Shown: positions 29,100 through 39,209 of the stretch, piece by piece
Numbering within the stretch: the first letter of the stretch is position 1
How the letters are laid out: the number at the start of each line of letters is the position of its first letter
DNA from: Dehalococcoidia bacterium
GTDB lineage: Bacteria; Chloroflexota; Dehalococcoidia; Lucifugimonadales; UBA3495
DNA: 64,000 bases
Direction of reading: 5' to 3'
NCBI GenBank assembly: GCA_965203985.1
Contig: CBDBDS010000006.1
Coordinates: forward strand, 16,588 to 80,587
Translations under genes and position numbers: made by a program
Notes under the pieces: generated by a model
Database searches by the model: none
Told to the model about the DNA's origin: nothing
What the model saw: the letters and a program-made list of their open reading frames with translations, nothing else

Positions 29100-30146
29100 T
29101 CAGGTCAACTCACGGTAGGTCGGGCCCTCCGGATCAATCAGCCGACCGACACGCTCCATCTCGGCGACTATGGCATCCAGCGTCGCTTCACGGTCAGCAC
29201 CTGGCGGCAAAGGGATGGGCACAGACACTTCCTGACTGCGCCACTCCAGGCCAGGCTTGCCCAGGTCTCCCAACCGCTCGCGGACCTCGTCGACCGGAAC
29301 CTGCCCGTTGTCCGAGTAAAACTACAACCACAGAGGCTTGTCCGGCATCTCCTCCATCGCTTTGTAATCTATCCCCAGCCAGGCAAAAGCGCCCGCCAAC
29401 CTGAGGTACCTTACGTAGAACCCGAATCCCTGGCCCACCGACAAGCCGCTGGTGTTGGCCCAACCCGACTGCTCGAGACGCCGGATGGCGTCTCTCATCA
29501 ACCGCTTCAGGTTGGCGTCCCGCTGCGGGCTGTCGCCGGCAATGGCGCTCTCTGAAAGGCCCTGCAACTCCGCTATTTCGAATGCCGCTTGCCAGTCCTT
29601 TTCCTCCAAGGCTCGCTGCGACATCCGGTCGAGCAACAATCGCCAGCTGGTCAGAATGATCCGACGCTGTCCAGCCTTTGCACCGGCAGTGATCAAACTC
29701 TCGTGCACCTCGGCAGCATCCAGCTCGTGGCCGGCATTTTGCAACCGTTGGACCAATTCAGCCCACAGCGAACTGTGGTTGATGCGGTACTCCGGGGCCA
29801 GGAATAGCAGCACCGACCTTTTGCGGTCCGGCAAACCTTCCCAGTAGGTGACCGGCTGGTGCCGCGTGAGGTGCGCCCAGAACTTGGATTCGATCAACGC
29901 CACTACGTCGTCCTCGTCATCAAGGCAGGCTAAGTCCGGCACGGACCCATGCGCAGCATCGGCCGCCCATGGCTCCGCTCTCGCCACGGGCAATGGACCA
30001 TTCCCGTCTCCCAGGAAGTCGGACAATGCCCCTCTGGCGGCTTTCGAGCCCGACAGGATGAAACACAGGGCATCAGTGGCAACGTCCTCAAGGCCAATGG
30101 TATGGCGCTGGGCGATGAAGCCCAGGAGAGTGTCGTTATCCGTCAT
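29100..30146 (-). pseudogene. PD-(D/E)XK-like protein with in-frame TAG
   Basis: VPDLACLDDEDDVVALIESKFW looks like a D...ExK nuclease core. The ORF stops at TAG (29322-29324), but the same frame continues coding-like for 74 more codons (FYSDNGQVPVDEVRERLGDLGKPGLEW...) to the TGA at 29100. Confidence 0.6.
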
Positions 30147-30544
30147 GATTCGGGCTCCTTGCCCTACTCAGCGATGCCAACGGTGAAAATGGTGGCGATC
30201 TTCTGTGCTGCTTCACCAGGATTACCCTCGTCGCCACAGCCAAGTCCGCATTGCGTCCCACGTTGTAAGGTCTGACCTCGGCGCGGGGACAATACCGGAT
30301 TCATGCCGACCGCAGCCGCCACACTGTTCAACCCCGAACGCTGACACCCGGTGACCACTTCGTAAATACACGGACGTATCCACTAACGCAACGTCGTTTC
30401 CCGGCCAGCAACAGGAACGTGCGCGTAGGCAGCGAGAAAACCCTCGGAGCCGACAGCACGATGGTCTACCAGTGCAGGGAATGCCATGACATCGACCGGC
30501 AGGTCCAATCTGTCTGAGCGCGGTCGTGCCTCGAATCAGATCGG

Positions 30545-30952
30545 TCACAGGAGGAGCATGACGATGTGAACCACCGGCTCAACGGCACCGAACACGGCAG
30601 CGAGGGCGATGACCGCGAACAGGCTGCCGGAAACCTGTATTTCCGTAAGGTCCAGCGCCTGTGCGCTCACCAACCAGAACCATGCAGCTGCGCCGCCGAA
30701 TGCAGAACTGAGGATTAGCCTTGCTCCAACTGCATCCCATTCGATGGTGGACAGGATTGCGGTGAACAGCAAGACTGCGGAGCACAGAGCCGAGAACGCG
30801 GCACTTTCGTTGGCGGGCCACTGGAGAACACGATGGTCGTTAGACCCAACGCGGTGAACGTCGAAATGACGAATGTGCGGAAAATATTGAGAACATTCAG
30901 GCCCATGGCGTTTATTGGAAAAAATGCCTGATAATACCGTCATCGCCTGCAA
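30545..30952 (-). CDS. hypothetical membrane protein
   Basis: 135-aa ORF whose C-terminal two thirds is hydrophobic. Start uncertain. Confidence 0.3.
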   Translation of the reverse strand: MQAMTVLSGIFSNKRHGPECSQYFPHIRHFDVHRVGSNDHRVLQWPANESAAFSALCSAVLLFTAILSTIEWDAVGARLILSSAFGGAAAWFWLVSAQALDLTEIQVSGSLFAVIALAAVFGAVEPVVHIVMLLL

Positions 30953-31399
30953 GGCATAGGTAGCGGCGACTTTTTCATCCTACAGCAGTGCACGCCAAAA
31001 ACTTGGCGACAATTGGACCTGCCAACCTGACGGGGTCCCATCTGTGCCGAAACTGCCGGCACTCGATGACGATTTCCGCCACAGTTGCAGAAAGCGGATT
31101 AGTTCAGAAACTGTCACCCGGTTGACAGTGGCCAACGCCGTCAACAAGGCCGTGGTCAACGCCCTGTCCGCCCACGACGTCGTTCAGCGAGATTTTCGCG
31201 TAGCTTGATACTACTCCGGCACGTGGAGGTTGTAGTACTGCCCCTTTTCGAGGTCGTCCTGCGGACACTGTGGGGTTCTTTCGGTAACGGCATTGGATAC
31301 GCGGCTTCTCGATGGTTGCCGGCATGGAGGAGTTTTCTCCTCCGGCCATACCAGGGAGACCGGTACTGCGGTTTGCTGCTGATGCTTGCGCGTCGTTGT

Positions 31400-31668
31400 A
31401 ACAGGGTGCCACGCTTGTGGGCGACGTTCCGGCCGGAAATTGCGGCGGCGCCTTAGGTGGAGTTGGTCAGGTTCCTGGTTCCGGTGTCCTTGACGGCGAT
31501 GAGCGCGTGGTCTTGGACGATCTTCGAGGTGTGATGCGGGTGTTCGGCGGCATTCATGGTCTTGATGCGCCCACGCTTTACGTGCCGGAGCTGCGAGGGT
31601 CGAACACAGTGAGTGTGTTCCCCAGAAGCAGGTCCACTGACGAGGTGGCATACGCAGCGGAAACGGGT
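31400..31668 (+). pseudogene. IS5/IS1182-family transposase remnant, part left of the nested IS
   Basis: Nucleotide and protein similarity to the full copy at 50628-52510 (LYVPELRGSNTVSVFPRSRSTDEVA versus LVARVPGRPNRKCFPKDDFGIDLVA). The left limit is uncertain. Confidence 0.5.
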
Positions 31669-32919
31669 CTAGTATTACAGTCGAGCTTGTGGTGAAGGGT
31701 TCGAAAAGCGTCTCTTGTAATGGCACAGTCTGGCCCGGGCCTGATGCCGCCGTCTCCACCCTGACCATTGGATGATCAGGGCAGGACTGCCTGGGGGCGA
31801 CCACACCAGCCAGCGTAGCAGCCGTCTGACCTTTGCCGGCCACCCGCACCAGTTCCGCCAGCGGCGTGTCCCCAAGGCCGTAACAGGCGTAGTAGGCCCG
31901 GTCCTCGGGGTCGGCGATGCAGCGGCCCACGAGTCGCCAATGTCCTTGGCTCGCCTCAGACCCGGGGCGGATTGATACTCGGCTCCAATCGTAAAGGCGC
32001 GGTCCTTTGCTGCCCGGCCCAGCACTCAGCCGCTGCCAGTCCTCCTCCGCTATCCGCTGGGCCAACTCCCGGGCCGCCACTTGGGCCGAGCCACCCTCCG
32101 TATCCGCCCACTGCGGCTCATTGCTCTTCACTGCCAGCACGTAAGGCCGGCCCTGCTCCTCCAGCCACCGGCGCAACCGGCGGTCTTTGCCGTACACCGT
32201 ATCTCCAGCCACCCAGCCAAAGGGCGCCCCAGCCGACACCCTCCGGGCAATGATCGTTTGGGCCAGTTGCACTTTGGTGCGGAAGGACACTCCTTCCGGC
32301 ACCCCAGCTTCTCGCCGACGCTCCACACCCCCCGCCAACCCCCGGGGCAAATACAACTCCTGATCCGGAAAGGCGCCGCCGTAACCGCTGCCATAGGCCA
32401 AAAACACCCTGATCTGACCGTTCTCCACCTTTCCCCCGTCCCGCTGTACTGACGCTTTACCCCCACCGACTTCCTCCCCTCCTTCAGAAACCCCGTCTCA
32501 TCCACTACCAGCACCGCTTCCGGGTCCCCCAGATGCTCCACCACGTACCCTTGCAGAACCTGCCCGCGTGCAAACGGGGGTCATCCCGCACCTCATCCGC
32601 ATCCCAGTGGTACACCGCCAGCAACCGCTGCACCCCGTCGGGCGTGGCGTCGCCAGCGTATTCCGCCAACTGCCACCCATTCTCGCGCTCCACCGACCCC
32701 AGCAATCCTTTCGGGTACGACAGCACCCGCTGGCGCCACTCACTGCGGCTAAAACGATGACCGATCCGCGCGTGCAGCGCCGGCAGCCCAACTTCCCACT
32801 CCAGTACTTCCCTCAGGACAGCCTCTCCCTCCAGCAACGCCCGACCCATCTCCAACCCCTCCGCTCTCACCAGTAGTCATGGACCTATCCTATCTAACTA
32901 ACCGCGACTGTAATACTAG
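31669..32919 (-). mobile_element. IS701-family insertion sequence, degenerate, nested in the IS5/IS1182 remnant
   Basis: Perfect 15-bp inverted repeats: CTAGTATTACAGTCG at 31669-31683 and CGACTGTAATACTAG at 32905-32919. The transposase reading frame is split over at least three frames. Confidence 0.75.
31690..32870 (-). pseudogene. IS701-family transposase, multiple frameshifts
   Basis: Pieces 32505..32870 (FSRSEWRQRVLSYPKGLLGSVERENGWQLAEYAGDATPDGVQRLLAVYHWDADEVRDD), 32128..32544 (HLGDPEAVLVVDETGFLKEGRKSVGVKRQYSGT) and 32428 downwards (IRVFLAYGS...WVAGDTVYGKDRRLRRWLEEQGRPYVLAVK). Confidence 0.8.
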
Positions 32920-33534
32920 GCTCCAAAGTGGACTGTTGTGACCAACTGTGCACTTCCGCATCTGAACCCACATCCTGATACCTCTTTTCCTCCCCACCAT
33001 GGTGCCGGAGGGGAAACGAACCGACAGCACTAGAATCGTACATGGTCTGTAGGCCTTCCGGTTTGAGGCGGCGGTGTGCCAAGTTTGACTGTTTCGGGCC
33101 CAGTGCATCGCAGCCAAAGGCAGTAGGGGCCGGCAGGTGCTGATCCATTCTCAGGAAGGCTTGCTGCAAGCGGCCGGGGCTTTGCAGCAGAGAGCCGACT
33201 ACGACCAGTACCGGCAACTACGGGTGGTGGCCGAGCATAGACTGGCTCGGCTGGAGCAGTTGGGCATCCGTCGGGCGCGCTACTTCGGGTTGGTCAAGAC
33301 CAAGTTCCAGTTGTACCTGGCGGCCACGATGGCTAACCTGACCTACTGGCCAACCAAACCGGTCTGGTCGGTGATCCTGGCGATGGCTCCGACGGCGTCG
33401 TTACCACCGCTGAAATTGATGTCAATCTCGGCGTGAGTCGCCGTCTACTGCCGACCCGGACGCTGGCCTGGCTCGGGTCGTCAACGCAGACGCTTTCACT
33501 CTTCCCAACCAGTGGTTTCCGGCTCGTTTTCTAG
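32920..33534 (+). pseudogene. IS5/IS1182-family transposase remnant, 3' part with right terminus
   Basis: Clearly similar by eye to 51900-52510 over most of its length. It reads ...DYDQYRQLRVVAEHRLARLEQLGIRRARYFGLVKTKFQLYLAATMANL and ends with the same terminal ...TTCCGGCTCGTTTTCTAG. Confidence 0.75.
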
Positions 33535-33800
33535 ACCATGGCTCCCAGGGAGTTGGGAGGATGAGCGCCAGAACGTCTCCGGTGTTGGATAATGCTTCCG
33601 GAGTGCCCGGACCAGCTTTGTGCAGCGGCGTCACGGCGGCGTTCGTGTCCAGAAAATCGGCGACCGCCTGGACTCGCTGGGCGACGTTCCAGCTAACGAC
33701 CCTGATCACCAGGGCAGCTCACCGCGTAGCCGTTCGCCGACACGCTGCGATACGACGTCCGGCAGCCATTCGCATCACCGCCATCTCTCATCTGACCAAG

Positions 33801-34009
33801 TTGTCCCACAACCCGGATATTGGAAAGGCCGACAGTCCGCGTTCAGCGGGCCATCGGCCTACGCATCAACCTCAAACCCCGGCCAGCCATTGGACACAAT
33901 CCCACAACCGGGGCGGCATGTGAATCACGGTGCTTTACGGCGTTTGGTGCGGGACTGACCTGCCCAATAAAGTGAGGTCCTGTGAGTTTGTCCCACAATT
34001 GTCCCACAT
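33801..34009. repeat. four copies of a TCCCACAA motif downstream of the integrase gene (candidate arm-type sites)
   Basis: TTGTCCCACAACCCGG at 33801-33816, ACAATCCCACAACCGGGG at 33896-33913, and tandem TTGTCCCACAA / TTGTCCCACAT at 33988-34009. All are on the same strand, 200-400 bp from the int stop. Confidence 0.5.
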
Positions 34010-34215
34010 CGGGAGGGGTCAGTGAGCGATCCAAGCGGTTTTGGTACTCAGTTTGAACTCAGATCCCAGCACGATTAGATTTTGGTGCCGAGGGAGGGAT
34101 ACGCATCAATCCCCTCGTGGGGCCATGTTGTATGTAGTTTTCCTACTCAAAACTGAAGCTGATTGCCGGCTCATGCCGGCCAGCGTGGTCGGTTTGGTCG
34201 GCAATTGGTCGGCAA

Positions 34216-35400
34216 TCAAACTGCCGTTGTGTCAACAATATCATCATCGTTATCGTCCTGGCGCAAAGCTTTTTGAGACTCTTCCATGATGCGAGCGAAC
34301 TCGTCGGCGGCTTCGGCCTGCCACCCCGGCAGGGCGTGGGCATAGGCCCTCATCGTGATGGCAGTGTTGGCGTGTCCCAACCGTTCGGAAATCACTGCGG
34401 GGTGGATGCGTTTGTTGAGCGAGACCGACGCGTGGAAGTGGCGGAGCTTGTGGGGGCTGACCTCGGGATGGCCGACCTGCTTCCCCAATCCTTGCACCAG
34501 GCGAGTCAGCCGCATGGGATTGACCCATCTGCCCAATTCGTCGGCGAACACTATCCCCTGGTCCTCATACGCGCCGGCCAGCAGGCTTTTGTTCTGTTCC
34601 TGGCGTTCCTTATGCTGACGCAGCACTTCCAAACTGCCGGCGTCCACATTGATCGTCCGGTTTCCGCGGGCGGTTTTGGGCTTGGTCAACTGCAGCCCGT
34701 TGGATCGCCTTCCCAATGAGGATACTATCCGAATCGTAGCATTTTCGAAGTCCACGTTGCTCCACACCAGAGCCAGAAGCTCCCCGCGACGGATTCCGGT
34801 GTAGGCCAGCAGATGCAGGGCGGCATACAGCCAATCGTCCTGTTCGGCCGCCAAGTCCAGCATCCGGAGCACAATGTCCACTGGGGGCGATTCGGCCTCA
34901 CGGTTCGGGTCCGGGGGCGCCTTCGCCGCGGCGACCGGATCACGGATGATCAACTCCATGCGCAACGCGTGTTTGATTGCTCCGGACAATACCACCCGCA
35001 CCAGGTTGACGCCGACGGGGTCCATTCCATGCTCCAGTAGCTTCTGTTGCAGAGCCTGGACGTGGCTTGGAGACAGTTTGTTCAGTTCAATGTGCCCGAG
35101 TGCCGGCTGCAGGTGGTTCTTGACGATGCCGCGGTAGCGATCCTCGGTGGCCTGGCTCAAATGGCCGACCACGCATTCGGTCAGCCAGCGCTCCAGCCAG
35201 TCGCGCATCAGGATCCGCTCGTTGGACGGAACGACGCCGCCGTCCAGTTCGGTCAGCAGTTCTCGCAGACGCCGTTGGGCTTGCTTCTTGTTGCCCTTGA
35301 CCGTGACGAACCGGCGGACGCGTTTGCCACGTTCGTCTCGGCCGAGATCGAGGGTGATCTCCCAGCTATTTTGTCCCCGTTTCCGAATGCTTCCCGTCAT
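34216..35400 (-). CDS. int: tyrosine site-specific integrase
   Basis: 394-aa ORF. N-terminal SAM-like arm/core-binding region (IRKRGQNSWEITLDLGRDERGKRVRRF). Catalytic region with ...GIRRGELLAL... and HKLRHFHAS...LGHANTAITMRAYAH. Confidence 0.9.
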   Translation of the reverse strand: MTGSIRKRGQNSWEITLDLGRDERGKRVRRFVTVKGNKKQAQRRLRELLTELDGGVVPSNERILMRDWLERWLTECVVGHLSQATEDRYRGIVKNHLQPALGHIELNKLSPSHVQALQQKLLEHGMDPVGVNLVRVVLSGAIKHALRMELIIRDPVAAAKAPPDPNREAESPPVDIVLRMLDLAAEQDDWLYAALHLLAYTGIRRGELLALVWSNVDFENATIRIVSSLGRRSNGLQLTKPKTARGNRTINVDAGSLEVLRQHKERQEQNKSLLAGAYEDQGIVFADELGRWVNPMRLTRLVQGLGKQVGHPEVSPHKLRHFHASVSLNKRIHPAVISERLGHANTAITMRAYAHALPGWQAEAADEFARIMEESQKALRQDDNDDDIVDTTAV

Positions 35401-35698
35401 AGTGTCTCCAAATTACCAGCGCGAGTCGTCGCGCTGTCAACCGGACAGCTGTCACCTTTTCGATCCCGTTCCTGAGAAGAGCGTCGTGGCCGCATAAACC
35501 GCGTCCTCGTCGACGGTTCAGGCGCATATCTTGCGGACACCAGCCCGGCAGCCCGGTCGCGCCAATCCGAAGCACCGACCATTCGGCCTCGTCGGAGCAG
35601 CAGTCCGTAGCCGAATGCACCATCACGCCTCGATCTGGGGTGCGTCTACAGGATATGGCTGACAGAGTTTCACATTGCCATTCGCAACGCGCGGCCAT

Positions 35699-35899
35699 TC
35701 ACGAATTTCCCGCGCCCTCGCCAGGCTCAGAATCCGGTTTACTCAGTAGGTCGTCCAAAGCCCAGCGTGGGATCACCAGGCGCCGACCGAGGTTCACTGC
35801 GAAAATCTCCTTCTGGTAGATGGCCTCCCGGATCTTCCATTCGGAGACTCCCAGGGCCTCGGCGGCCTCCTTAACAGAATATGCCAGTCGTTGTGTCAT
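35699..35899 (-). CDS. xis: excisionase/MerR-type HTH DNA-binding protein
   Basis: MTQRLAYSVKEAAEALGVSEWKIREAIYQKEIFAVNLGRRLVIPRWALDDLL. It lies immediately upstream of int. The start at 35899 is preferred over 35935. Confidence 0.7.
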   Translation of the reverse strand: MTQRLAYSVKEAAEALGVSEWKIREAIYQKEIFAVNLGRRLVIPRWALDDLLSKPDSEPGEGAGNS

Positions 35900-36829
35900 C
35901 GGGTATGCCCTCCTATCATGTGGTTCCGGTTTCATCGCGTGCCGACAATTCGACGATCGATCCGGTTATCGCGGCGGCGGTGTTCCTTAGATCGTCTCCG
36001 GACACGAAATGTTTCTCCGCCTGCACATGGTAGGGAATCCCGGCGAGAGCGCGCTGACGGGGTACGGAAACCGGGGTGCAGCGCCAGTAACTGCGAGCCC
36101 AGATGCATCGTGGAACAGATTTCCGGCGCCGTCGGTTCTTACGGTGCCGCCGCATTCTCAAGGCATGGTGGATCGCGTTCGGACGAAGGCAGACCTCGGC
36201 CCTTGCAGTGGGCTTCTCCATAGCGTCCACGCCGCCAGGTTCAGGCGGACCGGTGATGCTCACCAATCCCCAATATGCAATCAACTGATGTGCATGGTGA
36301 GCCGTTCAGGGAAAGGCGGCTACACGCCGGTGTGCCAGTTTCACGCAGCGTAGAACCGCAGTTGACGCTCCGGGACAGTGAGGCCGCGCTCGTTCCTATG
36401 GGCCTTTGCCATGGCCGGGGCGATCAGACCACCGCCGGATCACCTGGTAAACCGTTCTTCTCGTCCACTGTCTACACGGGCAATCGGCGCTAATGACGTG
36501 CGTCGACGTACCCGACGCGGACGGCGTGACGATTGAAAAGGCAACCATGTGGTCGCGAGAATGGCAAAATTGGCGCACGAATCGCCGCGGAACCGGCCGG
36601 GTGCGGGAGCGGCTACGCCATCGGAACAAGGTCAACGTTGGAGAAAGGCCGTTTGATCCGACCGTAACCCGTGCTGCCCGACAATCCGCCGGTTGGTGAC
36701 CAGGCCGACACGGGGGCGGCGAGGACTATGATCAGCAAGGCCGCCTATTCCTGAGGATCTGGCCTCGGAAGTTGACCGGCACGCGCGCGAGGGATACGCG
36801 CGCAGGTCGGAAGGGTTCGGGGTTCGGCA

Positions 36830-37486
36830 TCAACCGGGTTTGGCATTTGCCGCGCGATAGAGAAATCGGGTTAGCCCGATACGACTGGGTAATTTTGCGA
36901 TCTCCTCGTCAGTCATTTCCGATATTGCCAGTTCGAGCGAAGTCCTGGCTCGGCCAGCCGGCGTTGCGGCGTGTTCACCTGCCGTTGTCGAGTGCGGCGC
37001 ATATCCATCGCTGTAAAACCAATCTGGCGACTTGACGTAGAGTCGCGATAATTTCTCGAGGATCTCCCGCGATGGTCGTGAGGCGCCGTTTTCATAGCGT
37101 AATACCGTATTGCGGTTCACGCCGATCCTCTCGGCCGCCTCTGCTTGCGTGAAACCTTCTTCCCTACGCGCTTCCCGCAGCAATCGCCCGTTTAGGATTG
37201 GCTTCTTCCGTTTAGGATTGTAAGAGTGCGATTCTTCGTAAAACGAGGCGAAATCGCCTAACTGCTCGCCAAGTAATTCGCCAAGCCGCCGCTTGTTCTC
37301 CTCGCTGGGTTCCACTCTGCCTGATTCCCAGTTTCGTACGGTCTGGGTCGAAACGCCCAGCTCCGCCGCCACATCCTCTTGGCGAAGGCCCGCAGGAATG
37401 CGAGCATGGCGCAGTTCCAGGCCGAAGGATCTCAATGCCACCCTCGCACCGGCAGCGGCCACGGTGTTTGCACCATGTATTTTCAT
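36830..37486 (-). CDS. tandem XRE-family HTH regulator (two HTH_3 domains)
   Basis: LRQEDVAAELGVSTQTVRNWESGRVEPS and FTQAEAAERIGVNRNTVLRYENGASRPS. Divergent from the tandem-unit array. Confidence 0.8.
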   Translation of the reverse strand: MKIHGANTVAAAGARVALRSFGLELRHARIPAGLRQEDVAAELGVSTQTVRNWESGRVEPSEENKRRLGELLGEQLGDFASFYEESHSYNPKRKKPILNGRLLREARREEGFTQAEAAERIGVNRNTVLRYENGASRPSREILEKLSRLYVKSPDWFYSDGYAPHSTTAGEHAATPAGRARTSLELAISEMTDEEIAKLPSRIGLTRFLYRAANAKPG

Positions 37487-37533
37487 TGTGTTCCCCTTGG
37501 TCCGTGTATGATGGCTGATGCGCGCCAGGTCAC

Positions 37534-37564
37534 TTGCGCACGACCGCTCCTGCGATTATAGAAT
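37534..37564 (+). promoter_or_regulatory. promoter-like site, unit 1
   Basis: TTGCGC-N19-TAGAAT (alternatively N17-TATAGA). It faces away from the XRE gene. Confidence 0.4.
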
Positions 37565-37570
37565 CGTCGC

Positions 37571-37830
37571 CTCCAATTTGCAACATAAACAATAATCGTT
37601 TCATACGTTCCACTACCCGTATTTATGCGACAAAGCGGTATTTCAGACGAAAATCGATGCGTTCGAGCGGGAATGGGGGGGCAACCGTCCCCCCGGAATT
37701 TCCGGGTAGTCGGGAAGTACGAGGGACGACCCGAAGCGAGCGTTGCAATCGTCGGCGTCCGGCAGGGGAAAGCGCTGGTAAAGCCAGCTAACCAACGCGC
37801 GAGAAGCAACCATGAGCCGTCAGAGTTTTT
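37571..37830 (+). ncRNA. candidate ~260-nt non-coding RNA, copy 1 (unclassified)
   Basis: Conserved core from just after the -10 to a T5 run (37826-37830). It contains TTGCAAC ... GTTGCAA long-range complementarity, TCGGG-N15-CCCGA and GCTGG-TAAAG-CCAGC hairpins. No ORF is conserved across copies. Confidence 0.3.
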
Positions 37831-37993
37831 GGGATGCCCCCGTAGCGTTTATGTTGGCTGATGCGCGCCAGGTCGCTCGCGTCGACGAGACATTGCCGCT
37901 GGTAGCCGCGGCAACCTGATTTTCAGCACAAATCGTGCTACATGAATAATAATCGATTACCGCTGCGCACACCCCTGGTCATGCTACGCCAAG

Positions 37994-38024
37994 TTGACCA
38001 CGAGCGGTCCTGCGATTGTAGAAT
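37994..38024 (+). promoter_or_regulatory. promoter-like site, unit 2
   Basis: TTGACC-N19-TAGAAT (alternatively N17-TGTAGA). Confidence 0.45.
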
Positions 38025-38030
38025 CGTCGC

Positions 38031-38288
38031 CCCCGTTTTGCAACATGAACAATAATCGTTTCATACGTTCTACAACCCGCACATATGCGACAAAGCGGTA
38101 TTTCAGACGAAAATCGATGCGTTCGAGCGGGAATGGTCGGCAACCGCCCCCCAGCAGTTTCCGGGTAGTCGGGGAGTACGAGGGATGACCCGAGGCGAGC
38201 GTTGCAATCATCGGCGTCCGGCAGGGGAAGGTGGTGGTAAGCCAGCTAACCAACGCGCGAGAAGCAACCATGAGCCGTCAGAATTTTT
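38031..38288 (+). ncRNA. candidate non-coding RNA, copy 2
   Basis: Same core as copy 1. T5 run at 38284-38288. Confidence 0.3.
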
Positions 38289-38454
38289 CGGATGCCTCCC
38301 TGCAGCGTTTATGTTGGCTGATGCGCGCCAGGTCGTTTGCGTAGATGAGACATTCCCGCTGGTAGCCGCGGCAACCTGATTTTCAGCACAAATCGTGCTA
38401 CATGAATGATAATCGGACTCCGCTGCGCACACCCCCTAGTCATGCTGCGCCAGC

Positions 38455-38485
38455 TTGATCACGAGTGGTCCTGCCATCGTAGAAT
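38455..38485 (+). promoter_or_regulatory. promoter-like site, unit 3
   Basis: TTGATC-N19-TAGAAT. Confidence 0.4.
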
Positions 38486-38491
38486 CGTCGC

Positions 38492-38750
38492 CTCACGTTT
38501 GCAACACAAACAATAACCGTTCCATACCTGTAACTACCCGCACATATGCGACAAAGCGGCGTTGCAGGCGAAAATCGATGCGTTCGAGCGGGAATGGTGG
38601 GCAACCGTCCCCCCGGAATTTCCGGGTAGTCGGGAAGTATAGGGGACGACCCGAGGCGAGCGTTGCAATCGTCGGCGTCCGGCAGGGGAAGGCGCTGGTA
38701 AAGCCAGCTAACCAACGCGCGAGAAGCAACCATGAGCCGTCAGAATTTTT
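38492..38750 (+). ncRNA. candidate non-coding RNA, copy 3
   Basis: Same core as copy 1. T5 run at 38746-38750. Confidence 0.3.
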
Positions 38751-38913
38751 GGGATGCCCCCGTAGCGTTTATGTTGGCTGATGCGCGCCAGGTCGCTCGC
38801 GTCGACGGGACATTGCCGCTGGTAGCCGCGGCAACCTGATTTTCAGCACAAAGCGTGCTACATAGATAATAATCGATTACGGCTGCGCACACCCCTGGTC
38901 ATGCTACGCCAAG

Positions 38914-38944
38914 TTGACCACGAGCGGTCCTGCGATTGTAGAAT
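38914..38944 (+). promoter_or_regulatory. promoter-like site, unit 4
   Basis: TTGACC-N19-TAGAAT, identical to unit 2. Confidence 0.45.
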
Positions 38945-38950
38945 CGTCGC

Positions 38951-39209
38951 CCCCCGTTTTGCAACATGAACAATAATCGTTTCATACGTTCTACAACCCG
39001 CACATATGCGACAAAGCGGTATTTCAGACGAAAATCGATGCGTTCGAGCGGGAATGGTCGGCAACCGCCCCCAGGAATTTCCGGGTAGTCGGGAAGTACG
39101 AGGAACGACCCGAGGCAAGCGTTGCAATCATCGGCGTCCGGCAGGTGAAGCCGGTGGTAAAGCGGGCTAACCAACGCGCGAGAAGCAACTGCGGGACACC
39201 GGAGTTTTT
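38951..39209 (+). ncRNA. candidate non-coding RNA, copy 4 (3' end diverges, leads into the ParB-like gene)
   Basis: Same core up to GCGCGAGAAGCAAC, then a different tail ending in a T5 run at 39205-39209. It lies ~135 nt upstream of the ATG at 39344. Confidence 0.3.

Noticed and set aside
31211-31668. 3' half of track ORF 31211..32428
   Set aside because: It lies outside the IS701 inverted repeat and translates to Arg/Pro/His-rich nonsense. The real transposase frame has already shifted.
34040-34120. Possible tRNA gene or fragment at the integrase-proximal junction (GGGATACGCATCAATCCC)
   Set aside because: The stem has an 8-nt loop without the TTCRA T-loop consensus. No acceptor or anticodon arms could be built.
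37811-37918. 35-codon ORF (MSRQSFWDAPVAFMLADARQVARVDETLPLVAAAT) at the end of each tandem unit
   Set aside because: It is conserved in units 1 and 3. A 1-nt indel in unit 2 shifts it to an early stop, unit 4 lacks it, and the SD is weak. It was therefore not called as a gene, though it remains a minor alternative.
38120-38260. Resemblance of GGGAA...GGTGGTAA.GCC segments to a cobalamin riboswitch core
   Set aside because: Only short fragments resemble the consensus. There is no B12-box and no downstream regulated gene for three of the four copies.
37483-39174. 80-108-aa ORFs on both strands within every tandem unit
   Set aside because: Frames are not preserved between units, because indels switch frames mid-ORF. 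Both strands are equally open. This is consistent with non-coding conservation.
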